A DNA stretch of 64,000 nucleotides from Nitrospirota bacterium (GTDB taxonomy: Bacteria; Nitrospirota; Thermodesulfovibrionia; Thermodesulfovibrionales; JdFR-85): contig JAYWMQ010000006.1 in the NCBI GenBank assembly GCA_035873375.1, forward strand, positions 135,706 to 199,705, written 5' to 3'. Under the pieces are notes generated by a model, which did no database searches, was not told the DNA's origin, and worked only from the letters and a program-made list of their open reading frames with translations. Positions 48,084 to 56,544 of this stretch are shown here, piece after piece. The position numbers were made by a program, and so were the translations under genes. Positions within the stretch are counted from its first letter, which is position 1; the number at the start of each line of letters is the position of its first letter.

Positions 48084-48290
48084 CGGTCTGGACAGGTCTT
48101 CCGGCTCAGGGCGATAAGACAGTTGCGAGTTGCGGGTTATGAAGTTACGAGTTAAACCGCTTCTCTTTCCTACTCACCCGCCTTCCCGCCATGGTGTTAC
48201 CCATGACAGTGGCTTCTTTCGGGCTTTCGTTCCCTTCACGGCTGCGGGGCAGCGGGGGACTTTCACCCCTCTTCCCTGGCATCCAGCCAG
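48084..48290 (-). ncRNA. Cobalamin riboswitch 2
   Basis: Near-identical to riboswitch 1, including all conserved B12-box segments. Confidence 0.93.
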
Positions 48291-48426
48291 ATGTTTAAAT
48301 TGTCATACTACAGTAGCACAGGGTTTTGATTTTTTTCAATAACCGGATTTTTCCAAAACCGGGTTCTTATCGTTATGCGTTTATTAAGTTTTCAGTACCC
48401 CATAGTCTCTGTGGCGGAAAGGTTCA

Positions 48427-48651
48427 TCAGGAGGCCTTCTCAAGGCGTTCAGCAATCCAGACCTTGATAATGGATTGCCGGGGCACACCTAAACGTCTTG
48501 CTTCCTTATCCAGTAACTGAATCATCCATAAAGGAAAATCCACATTTACTCTTCTCTGTTCCTGCTCAGGTCTTCTCGCTTTTGAAAGATCAAGGTATTT
48601 GGAAATATCCCTGCCTTCATCAAAGTTCTTGTCAAACTCCTTAGCTTTCAT
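48427..48651 (-). CDS. brnA: BrnA-like (CopG) antitoxin
   Basis: EFDKNFDEGRDIS...RVNVDFP...RQSIIKVWIAERL; follows brnT. Confidence 0.8.
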   Translation of the reverse strand: MKAKEFDKNFDEGRDISKYLDLSKARRPEQEQRRVNVDFPLWMIQLLDKEARRLGVPRQSIIKVWIAERLEKAS

Positions 48652-48901
48652 ATATATAAACCTCCTCTTTTCGTGATCGTCTTACTGAAATGATCCTTAC
48701 CTTTTCTCCTCGATAAGTAATTACTCCAGACCAATGTTTCCCCGATATCTTTCCAATAACAACAAATCTCGGCTCGTCACTGCATTTTACAGGTATCTCG
48801 ATTAAGTCAGGATCTTCCCACAGCGACTGTGCTTCGCTGAAGTCAATCCCGTGTTTTTTCCTGTTGCTGTTGCTCTTTTCCGGATCAAATTCAAATTGCA
48901 T
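48641..48901 (-). CDS. brnT: BrnT-family toxin
   Basis: FEFDPEKSNSNRKKHGIDF...RIISVRRSRKEE. Confidence 0.88.
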   Translation of the reverse strand: MQFEFDPEKSNSNRKKHGIDFSEAQSLWEDPDLIEIPVKCSDEPRFVVIGKISGKHWSGVITYRGEKVRIISVRRSRKEEVYIYES

Positions 48902-49026
48902 AATATATAATAATTATACTTTAATTATACCAATTATTGCATATCGGATTCTGAAGTCTGCCAGCTGATGGGTAATCCATCTCTTGCCAATGCAAGGGAA
49001 TTATCTTTTTTGTTATATTATCTGGT

Positions 49027-49491
49027 ATGAAATCAGTTGATCGTCTTGAATACATAAACGATGCCCTTTATTTTGTGGTCATCCCCGAAAATAAAAGGCT
49101 TATCTACTGCTCAGGGATAAATTTCAAACGTTTTCTTCCCATCACAAAGGGCAGACACAAGGCAATGTCAAACCCTGTAATCAGGGGGCTTCAGATTGTA
49201 AACCATGAAATCCGTTCCATGGCAATAGAGGCCGGAGCGACCCCTAAAACAATAATCCTCACAGAGTGTAAGGGAATCGCACCGACTGATGACAGCTGGA
49301 ACACCGAAAGCCTCCTCATAGAAAACCCGCCTGAGGGTTTTGGAGAGAAAATAATCACACATGGAGTGATAAATCTCCTTAAAAAGATAGACAAGGCGAT
49401 CATGCTTGACACCAAAATGCCTGAAAACCTGCTGCCACCGGAGGAACTGGAAAAGTTCATTGAAGAACTCTGCAGAAAGTTTGCTTCCTGA
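49027..49491 (+). CDS. Hypothetical protein
   Basis: 154-aa ORF with protein-like composition. Extended -10 (TGtTATATT) 7 nt before the ATG. Confidence 0.75.
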   Translation: MKSVDRLEYINDALYFVVIPENKRLIYCSGINFKRFLPITKGRHKAMSNPVIRGLQIVNHEIRSMAIEAGATPKTIILTECKGIAPTDDSWNTESLLIENPPEGFGEKIITHGVINLLKKIDKAIMLDTKMPENLLPPEELEKFIEELCRKFAS

Positions 49492-49584
49492 TGTTACACT
49501 TTTTGTTTCTTGTCATTCCAGGTGGGAAAGAAAATGGCTTGGTGGGTCTGCCAAACCCGGCATTTTACCTATATTTGCCTATTT

Positions 49585-49734
49585 ACACACCCCCTACCCC
49601 CTCTTTTTAGAGGGGACTTACACTCTGCCTGTTTTAAATAACTGATTTTACTATTCTGCTCTCTGCCCTTACTTCTGGTGAGACCTGAAATTATCATAGA
49701 TTTTCCCTTATATCAAGGGAATTAAGGGGTGTGT
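49585..49734. repeat. Inverted doublet of REP-like hairpin units
   Basis: acacaccccctac-cccctct-tttt-agagggg at 49585-49617, and an inverted unit ttccctt-atatc-aagggaa-ttaaggggtgtgt at 49703-49734. Confidence 0.65.
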
Positions 49735-49776
49735 TCTTTTATCCGGTTAATAAATCTGTTTTTATTTGCCGGTTTA

Positions 49777-50040
49777 TTATTTACGATAAATATCTTTTCT
49801 GTGACGAACATGATAAATAACAATTAATTTCTTTTCAGTATCAACCTGATATATTACACGATAATCTCCAACGCGAATACGGTAGCTTGACTCAGCACCC
49901 TGAAGCTTACGATATTGAGATGTAAATGGATTGTCAAAAAGGGATTCAATAGCTTCAAGAATGCGAGGGATATATTGCTTGTCAATGCTTCTCAAGTCTT
50001 TTTCAGCAGAATGCTTCCACTGAACTTCATAAGAGCCCAT
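49777..50040 (-). CDS. relE: RelE-family toxin
   Basis: AEKDLRSI...KLQG...YRIRVGDYRVIY...HRKDIY. Confidence 0.9.
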   Translation of the reverse strand: MGSYEVQWKHSAEKDLRSIDKQYIPRILEAIESLFDNPFTSQYRKLQGAESSYRIRVGDYRVIYQVDTEKKLIVIYHVRHRKDIYRK

Positions 50041-50212
50041 TTGCTTCCAAATGTTTTTTTAACTCATTAAAGCTAATAGTTGATTCATCTTTTCGTTCTG
50101 CAATAACAGCAAGGTCATGTATGTCTTCGAGGAGTTCTTCATATTCTTCTACCGGCAAAACAACGGCTGTCTTTTTACCGCTCTCGTCAACTAAATACTG
50201 TGCTTTACCCAT
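50027..50212 (-). CDS. Antitoxin of the RelE pair
   Basis: DESGKKTAVVLPVEEYEELLEDIHD; 61 aa, overlaps the toxin start. Confidence 0.85.
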   Translation of the reverse strand: MGKAQYLVDESGKKTAVVLPVEEYEELLEDIHDLAVIAERKDESTISFNELKKHLEANGLL

Positions 50213-50323
50213 AATATCTCTCCTTCATTAACTCTTTATAAATTATAACAAATCGGCACAAATTATTCTTTTTTATTGCGGATTATCTTTATTCCGTTAC
50301 AAGCGGAAAAGGCCCTGTATTAT

Positions 50324-50356
50324 AAAAAGGGACAAGGATCTGCATCCTTGTCCCTT
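50324..50356 (-). terminator. Intrinsic terminator after the aldolase gene
   Basis: 13-bp stem aagggacaaggat/atccttgtccctt with a T run on the minus strand. Confidence 0.8.
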
Positions 50357-50387
50357 CCCACAGCTCTGTTACTGTTTCAAAATATCT

Positions 50388-51734
50388 CTAACTACCGGAC
50401 AGTTCCTTCCCTACAATCACGGGCTTTACCGTCCTGTTAACTATCTCCGAGGAATTTCCTACTTTCAGCTTATCAAATAGAAGCTCAAACTTCGCTTCCA
50501 GCTCCTTCATGATAGGCTCCTTTACATTTGAAGGCAGGTCCCACCATTTCTTCTTCAATGGTCCAAACCCCTTCTTTCTTGTGCTGTATATAAACTGCTC
50601 CTCGGTCTGTCCCTCTTTTTTATCCTTGGCATACTCCTGTTTTATAAAATTGTACACCTCTGCCCTGAACTCCTCTGGAAGGTGTTTGCTGTCATATATC
50701 ATGTTCTGAAATCCCGTGGCCAGATGGACCTCTGAAGTCCCGGTCTCAGGGAACATATGGAAGGCGGTATCAGGCAGTGTTGAAGCACCGTGCTGGACAC
50801 AGCCTGAAAGGCCGTATTCCTTTCTTGCAATCTCGGAAAGGCTCCTTAATGTCTCAAAATCTATCTTGACCTCGGCAAGACTGCCATCCGGCAGGACAAC
50901 ACCGCCATGGCTGGTGCCTGTCTGGACACTCAGTTTACTCAACCCTTTTTCACCCTTAAAAGTCTCTTTAAACCCGTCAAGATAAGCCCTCAATTCCTCG
51001 GGGTTACTGTTCTTTTTGCCGATTTCTCCTATTTCCCCACCGATTGAGACGTCCAGACCAGAGGGCTGAATCCCTCTTATGTATTCCGACAGTTCTGCGG
51101 TCTTCTCAAAATTCGGCCGCTGCTGCTCTTTTACAGTGGGTTTGTCGAGATCAACAAGGGTGGATGAATCGATATCAATGTTGTAGAACTCTGCCTCCAC
51201 AGCCTCTGCTATTAGCCCTTTTATGTAGTCTGTCTCTGCACCCGGGTTATCAAGAAAATACCGTCTGACCAGCTGAAAATGGTCTCCCTGAACAAAAACC
51301 GGGCCTTCAAACCCCTCCCGGACCGCAGCAGCCAGGACCACGGTGGAGTACTCCAGAGGCCTCTGCTTTGTATATCCAATCTCTGACCGCGCAATCTCAA
51401 ATATGAGGGCTCCCACATTCATCTGAAGCGCCTTCCTGAAGATTGCCCTTGCCACATCATAGGTAAGCCCTCTTATGTTTATCGCCGGGACAGTAAAGCC
51501 CGGGTATTCCCTTCCCATCTCCTCATATAGTCCCTGGATGGAGGAAGGCACAGCACCGCAAGCCTTTGCAACTTCCTTGATAAAGATAAGCTTTGCTCTC
51601 TTTTTCTCATCGTCAGCCTCGAAAACTGCATCATAAATAGCCGTATCCATGAGATTCTTGATTCCCTGCTTGTCCTTTACAAGGACAGTGTCATTCTTAA
51701 GCTCAACAAGATCCTTAAATATTTCTGTAGCCAT
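50388..51734 (-). CDS. Class II ketose-bisphosphate aldolase-like protein
   Basis: PAINIR, QGDH, GGEIGEIG, TGTSHGG, VQHGAST metal-binding motifs. Confidence 0.85.
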   Translation of the reverse strand: MATEIFKDLVELKNDTVLVKDKQGIKNLMDTAIYDAVFEADDEKKRAKLIFIKEVAKACGAVPSSIQGLYEEMGREYPGFTVPAINIRGLTYDVARAIFRKALQMNVGALIFEIARSEIGYTKQRPLEYSTVVLAAAVREGFEGPVFVQGDHFQLVRRYFLDNPGAETDYIKGLIAEAVEAEFYNIDIDSSTLVDLDKPTVKEQQRPNFEKTAELSEYIRGIQPSGLDVSIGGEIGEIGKKNSNPEELRAYLDGFKETFKGEKGLSKLSVQTGTSHGGVVLPDGSLAEVKIDFETLRSLSEIARKEYGLSGCVQHGASTLPDTAFHMFPETGTSEVHLATGFQNMIYDSKHLPEEFRAEVYNFIKQEYAKDKKEGQTEEQFIYSTRKKGFGPLKKKWWDLPSNVKEPIMKELEAKFELLFDKLKVGNSSEIVNRTVKPVIVGKELSGS

Positions 51735-51855
51735 TGCCCCTCCTTAAAATAGTTTTAGGATTATTAGGATTATAATGACTTCAATTACGATAAAAATTAT
51801 ACCATAAATGTTTTATTTTTACAGGCCCTTCTGCCCACCTGTCAGCCTGAGTGAA

Positions 51856-51894
51856 AGATGTTTCTTTTTGCGGTATTTTGCTAAACTATTACTC
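51856..51894 (+). promoter_or_regulatory. Promoter of gnd (extended -10, apparently leaderless); motif shared with 55513-55551
   Basis: AGATGTTTCTTT-N7-ATTTTGCTAAA-N9-ATGAAAA. Confidence 0.6.
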
Positions 51895-52800
51895 ATGAAA
51901 ACATTAGGATATATCGGGTTGGGAAAGATGGGGGGAAACATGGTTTTCAGGCTGCTTGAGCACGGCTGGAACATTGCCGCTTATGACTCCGTCACAGAAA
52001 ATGTAAGGGAAGTGGAAAAAAAGGGCGCCAAAGGGGCAGGTTCCCTGGAGGATCTGGTTGAAAAAGCCGGGACTCCCCGTCTCCTGTGGCTCATGGTGCC
52101 CCATCAGAGGGTTGATAATGTGCTTACGGCACTGACTCCACTCCTGAATAAAGGCGATACGATAATTGACGGGGGAAATTCAAATTACAAGGAATCCATA
52201 AGGCGGAGCCGGGAACTCAATGAAAAAGGGATTAACTTCCTGGACGTTGGTGTGAGCGGCGGGCCCCGGGGCGCAAGGGAAGGAGCCTGCGTAATGGTTG
52301 GGGGAGAGAAAGGGCTTTTTGAAAAGCACGAAGTCCTGTTTAAAGATATCGCTGCCCAGGACGCATATGGATACATGGGAAAGTCCGGAGCAGGTCACTT
52401 TGTAAAGATGGTTCACAATGGAATTGAATACGGTATGATGCAGGCGATTGCCGAGGGTTTTGCGGTAATAAAGGCATCTGATTTTGATATAGACCTCAGG
52501 GAGGTCTGCCGCGTATACAACCACAGGAGCGTTATTGAATCCCGTTTGACCGGGTGGCTGCAGAAGGCATTTGAAGAATACGGTGAAGACCTTGATGAGA
52601 TTTCCGGCAGTGTCTCTCATAGCGGAGAGGGTCTCTGGACAGTAGAAACTGCAAAAGAATTAGGGGTTTCCGTACCCGTTATTGAAGAATCACTTAAATT
52701 CCGTGAGGAATCACAAAAAACCCCTTCCTACACAGGCCAGATACTCTCAGCCCTCCGAAACCAGTTCGGAGGGCATGAAGTTAAGAAAAAGCAGAACTGA
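51895..52800 (+). CDS. gnd: 6-phosphogluconate dehydrogenase, decarboxylating (short type)
   Basis: IGLGKMG, IDGGNS, GVSGG, GHFVKMVHNGIEY, SGEG, ALRNQFGGH. Start moved to 51895. Confidence 0.95.
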   Translation: MKTLGYIGLGKMGGNMVFRLLEHGWNIAAYDSVTENVREVEKKGAKGAGSLEDLVEKAGTPRLLWLMVPHQRVDNVLTALTPLLNKGDTIIDGGNSNYKESIRRSRELNEKGINFLDVGVSGGPRGAREGACVMVGGEKGLFEKHEVLFKDIAAQDAYGYMGKSGAGHFVKMVHNGIEYGMMQAIAEGFAVIKASDFDIDLREVCRVYNHRSVIESRLTGWLQKAFEEYGEDLDEISGSVSHSGEGLWTVETAKELGVSVPVIEESLKFREESQKTPSYTGQILSALRNQFGGHEVKKKQN

Positions 52801-52934
52801 CCCTAATGGTGTCACCATAGAAGATGGATGATGGCCTTTTCCTGATTCCAGCCTTTGCATGGCAAAAACATCATACCGCCTTGTTTTTGTATAGTAGTCT
52901 TCAGCTTACAAAAATCCAAACCGGGCTAACAAAG

Positions 52935-55151
52935 TTAATGCCTGCATTTACGCTTGTGCGGGTGAGTGCTTTCTTTCCCAAAAGTAAACTTTGACACAAA
53001 GGCATGAAAATAATAACCAACATCAAGAAATGTATCATAGGCACCAGCGGTTGTCGGAAAATCCGACGACTTGGTCCTGCCGGTCACAAACACATCTCCG
53101 TTACCGTCAATGGTTAATGAATTAGCGTTGTCCCGGTCAATCCCGCCGAGATAAGTCGATGACAACAGTGTCTCCAAATTACTGTCGAACTTTGATATAA
53201 AGGCATCACTGTCACCATTGTAGGTTGTATCATAAGCGTCGGGAGTTGTTGGAAAGTTTGCTGACACTGTCCAGCCGGTCACGTATAAATCACCGCTGCT
53301 GCCCACCATAACAAAACTGGCTTTATCATTGTCATCTCCACCCAGAAAAGTGGAGGCAAGGAGGTTTTCAAGGTCATTGTCGAACTTTGATACAAAAATG
53401 TCACCACCGCCATTGTAGGTCTCATCGTAAGCACCGGGTGTTACCGGGAAATCCGGCGACCAAGTCAAGCCGGTCACATAGATGTTTCCACTGTCATCTG
53501 TGAAGACTGAATCGGAAGATTCTCCTGCCTCGCCTCCAAGAAATGTAGCAGCGAGAATCCCTTCCAGGTTCCCGTCGAACTTTGATACAAAAACATCACC
53601 ACCACCATTGTAGGTCTCATCGTAAGCACCAGGAGTTGTGATATTGCCTGAACCAACCACATAAACATTTCCGCTGCTGTCAACAGAAATAGCGTTGGCA
53701 CTTGAACCACGGGAAAGTAATATAGAGGCAAGTTGATTTTCAAGCCTTGCATCAAATTTGGCTATGAAGGCACAGTAAATCTCATTGTATACATAGCCAC
53801 AACGAAATGGACTGGCCATATAAATATTTCCGTCATTGTCTAACGTTATTTCAATAGGCCCACTGAAGTCATAATCAGTCAGGAGTCCCAGAAACGTGGA
53901 GGCAAGAAGATTTTCAAGGTCACCGTCAAACTTTGAAATAAAACCATCGAAAAAAGAAGAATCCCATGGCTGAGGATCACCTAAGCCGATAGTCCTGTCG
54001 TAGGCACCGGGAGTTGTCGGGAAGTCTGGGGAAGGAGTTACACCCGCCACATAAATGTTGCCATTACGGTCTATGGCCATGGAATTAGAATAAAAAGCCG
54101 GACCAATAAATGTAGAAGCAAGCAGTTCTTCAAGATCACCGTCGAACTTTGATACAAACGCCTCCACATACGAGAAGATTGTATCAAAAGCCCCTGTAGT
54201 TGTCGGAAAGTCTGATGAGTAAGTTCCGCCAGACACATATATATTGCCGCTGTTGTCCACAATTATGGATATAGCGTTATCTGAACTGCTCCCGCCCAAA
54301 AACGTAGAAGCCAAAAGCGGGTCTATTATGAGAGGCTTTGTCTTATCGTATTCTCCAACCTGAAAACCGTAGGTTAAACCTTGGCTTTGACTTGAAACTA
54401 TATAGTTCGCGGCAATTTCAACCCGCTTGCCGTCAATCTCCTGATAGGCAACCGGCCTTGTCATCTTCACGGTCCCAAAGGCTGTCTCTATCTCGAGTTC
54501 ACCTTCACTGTTCACTCTGAGCCTCTTTGCACCTTCTATCTTCAGGCGTATCTTCTCAACCGAGCCCACCGGTTGGACAGTAAAGAGTTTTTCCACATTC
54601 TTCCCGTATGCCTTCAGCTTAAGCTCTATGCCCTTATATACCTCTCCAAGGTTCACCTCCTGCCACGTCGGGATTCCTGTCCTCCAATTCTCTTTCTTGC
54701 CGATAAAGTAATTGACCCTGGTAACTGATTTATTGATGCCTACCGGATGCAAGGAAATTGATTCCCCTTTCTTGCCGGTCTTCTTCAAGCCAGTAAGGCT
54801 CTCCCTTAATGCCAAGGCCTTTGAAATTGAGCTTTTGGGCCGGAGTGCGGGATTAATATCTCTGTCTTTCGTGTTTTCTGCTGCTGGTTCCGTCTTGACA
54901 AGGCTGTAAACAATCTCGCCCTTGTCTGTTACATATACTGTGCCTGCGAAAGTGTTGGCATAAAACCTGACTGATGCATCCTTGACCTGCCCCTGATTCT
55001 CGATAAAAGGCATCTGAAGCCCTGAGACCTTCTTCATCACAGCACCCCTGTCCACATCTGCTGATGCAACTGTTGGGAAAAGCATTACCAGAAATAAAAA
55101 TCCTGTCAAACTTATCAGACTTACTCGTTTTTTCATGAATATCCTTCCCAT
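52935..55151 (-). CDS. Secreted SBBP (beta-propeller) repeat protein
   Basis: RBS GGAGGAGG before 55151. Signal peptide ...PTVASA, N-terminal FIENQGQ...LIIDP domain, repeated ASTFLGG / GNIYVTG.T.S.DFP.TPGAYD units. Confidence 0.85.
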   Translation of the reverse strand: MGRIFMKKRVSLISLTGFLFLVMLFPTVASADVDRGAVMKKVSGLQMPFIENQGQVKDASVRFYANTFAGTVYVTDKGEIVYSLVKTEPAAENTKDRDINPALRPKSSISKALALRESLTGLKKTGKKGESISLHPVGINKSVTRVNYFIGKKENWRTGIPTWQEVNLGEVYKGIELKLKAYGKNVEKLFTVQPVGSVEKIRLKIEGAKRLRVNSEGELEIETAFGTVKMTRPVAYQEIDGKRVEIAANYIVSSQSQGLTYGFQVGEYDKTKPLIIDPLLASTFLGGSSSDNAISIIVDNSGNIYVSGGTYSSDFPTTTGAFDTIFSYVEAFVSKFDGDLEELLASTFIGPAFYSNSMAIDRNGNIYVAGVTPSPDFPTTPGAYDRTIGLGDPQPWDSSFFDGFISKFDGDLENLLASTFLGLLTDYDFSGPIEITLDNDGNIYMASPFRCGYVYNEIYCAFIAKFDARLENQLASILLSRGSSANAISVDSSGNVYVVGSGNITTPGAYDETYNGGGDVFVSKFDGNLEGILAATFLGGEAGESSDSVFTDDSGNIYVTGLTWSPDFPVTPGAYDETYNGGGDIFVSKFDNDLENLLASTFLGGDDNDKASFVMVGSSGDLYVTGWTVSANFPTTPDAYDTTYNGDSDAFISKFDSNLETLLSSTYLGGIDRDNANSLTIDGNGDVFVTGRTKSSDFPTTAGAYDTFLDVGYYFHAFVSKFTFGKESTHPHKRKCRH

Positions 55152-55512
55152 TTTTGCACCTCCTCCTTTTTGTGCTTCCTGTTTTTTATGTTTTCTGTCC
55201 CGGCCAGAAACGGAATAACCGGACAAAAGGTAAAAATCCGGAGCTCCACTTCCACCACATTCCCTATGTAACACCAGCCACAGAGATGAAAACACTGAGC
55301 AAGGATTAAGGGATTAAAGGTAGCGAGTTTTGATAAGGAAATAAAATATCGGAGGATAGTCTCCCCCTTCGTATTTCAGGCATTCATGTTCATCTTTATT
55401 TTTTTAACTTACACCTCACATATAGCACACTTTACCTCAAACTTCAACATCCTAATAGGTTTATTGATTTATTTAATAACTAAAAGGCTAACCCAACCCA
55501 TACAGAGGTTAC

Positions 55513-55596
55513 AGATGTTTCTTTCTTCAGCATTTTGCTAAAATGTTTAACATGAAAAAAAGTGTAATCACCGACCCTTCTGGTACAGAAGAATGA
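55513..55596 (+). promoter_or_regulatory. Promoter motif duplicating the gnd promoter, plus a 14-aa uORF (55552-55596) whose stop overlaps the pgl start
   Basis: Same motif and spacing as 51856-51901. uORF MKKSVITDPSGTEE ends in an ATGA overlap. Confidence 0.55.
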
Positions 55597-56342
55597 ACAG
55601 GACAATCGGGAACCTCAGGATAAGTATTTTTGAGGACAAGGCTGCGGCAGCAAGGCAGGTTGCTGATGATATTTCCCACTACCTGTCGGATGCAAAGAAA
55701 GGGGGCAGGAAAGTCCTGTTTCTAAGTTCCGGAGGGTCTTCACTTGCAATACTCGATTTCTTTTCAGATGACATATTGGGAGACTATCTGACCATTGGCG
55801 TCCTGGATGAACGATACGACAGGGAAGGCAAAAACAATAATTTTTCCCAGTTATCCAGGACGGACTTTTACAGGAAGGCTCTGAAATCCGGATGTGCCTT
55901 TATTGACACAGGCGTCCGACCGGGACAGACACAGAAGGCCCTTGCCGATTATTTTGAAGGGAAATTGAGGGAGTGGAGAAAAAACAATCCAGCTGGCGGG
56001 ATTATTGCTACCATTGGTATCGGCCCTGATGGGCACACCTCGGGCATATTGCCCTTTCCGGAGGATAAAGACAGGTTTAACACCCTGTTTAACGGTGAGA
56101 GATGGGTTGTGGCCTATGATGCAGCAGGCAAAACACCCTATCCCGAGAGGGTAACAACAACAAACACATTCCTGAAACTGATTAACCGGGCCTTTGTTTT
56201 TGCTACCGGCAGGGACAAGGCTGAGGCACTCCGCCGCATGCAGGAAGACAGACCGGTTTCAGAAGTGCCTGCAGCCATTTTGAAGGAACTCAGGGGGGAT
56301 ATGTATATTGACAGGGAACTTTCTGAAGTTGTTCCAGGATAG
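55593..56342 (+). CDS. pgl: 6-phosphogluconolactonase (glucosamine-6-P isomerase superfamily)
   Basis: SGGSS, DERY, GIGPDGHTSGILP, ATGRDK. Confidence 0.8.
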   Translation: MNRTIGNLRISIFEDKAAAARQVADDISHYLSDAKKGGRKVLFLSSGGSSLAILDFFSDDILGDYLTIGVLDERYDREGKNNNFSQLSRTDFYRKALKSGCAFIDTGVRPGQTQKALADYFEGKLREWRKNNPAGGIIATIGIGPDGHTSGILPFPEDKDRFNTLFNGERWVVAYDAAGKTPYPERVTTTNTFLKLINRAFVFATGRDKAEALRRMQEDRPVSEVPAAILKELRGDMYIDRELSEVVPG

Positions 56343-56354
56343 TGGTTGTGAAAA

Positions 56355-56467
56355 GGGGATAGACAAGGATACAGAGTTTTCACTCATTCTCGATCCCGAA
56401 GTATTTCGGGAGTGAAATAAAAGTGATAATTTGAAACCGTTCAAACTCCATATCCATGTCTATCCCC
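56355..56467 (+). repeat. Structured intergenic repeat, short copy E
   Basis: Terminal arms 22/25 complementary. Core cactcattctcg, hairpin tcccgaa/ttcggga, aaaccgttca. Confidence 0.8.
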
Positions 56468-56544
56468 AAAAATTAACCTGTTTTATACAGACAACCTTGA
56501 GAGTTGCAAAACTACCGTCAAGATAAGGTAAAATAATAACCACC

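Noticed and set aside
48338-48378. attC-like CAATAAC...GTTATGC near brnA
   Set aside because: About 41 nt is too short, L boxes are absent, and no co-oriented downstream ORF
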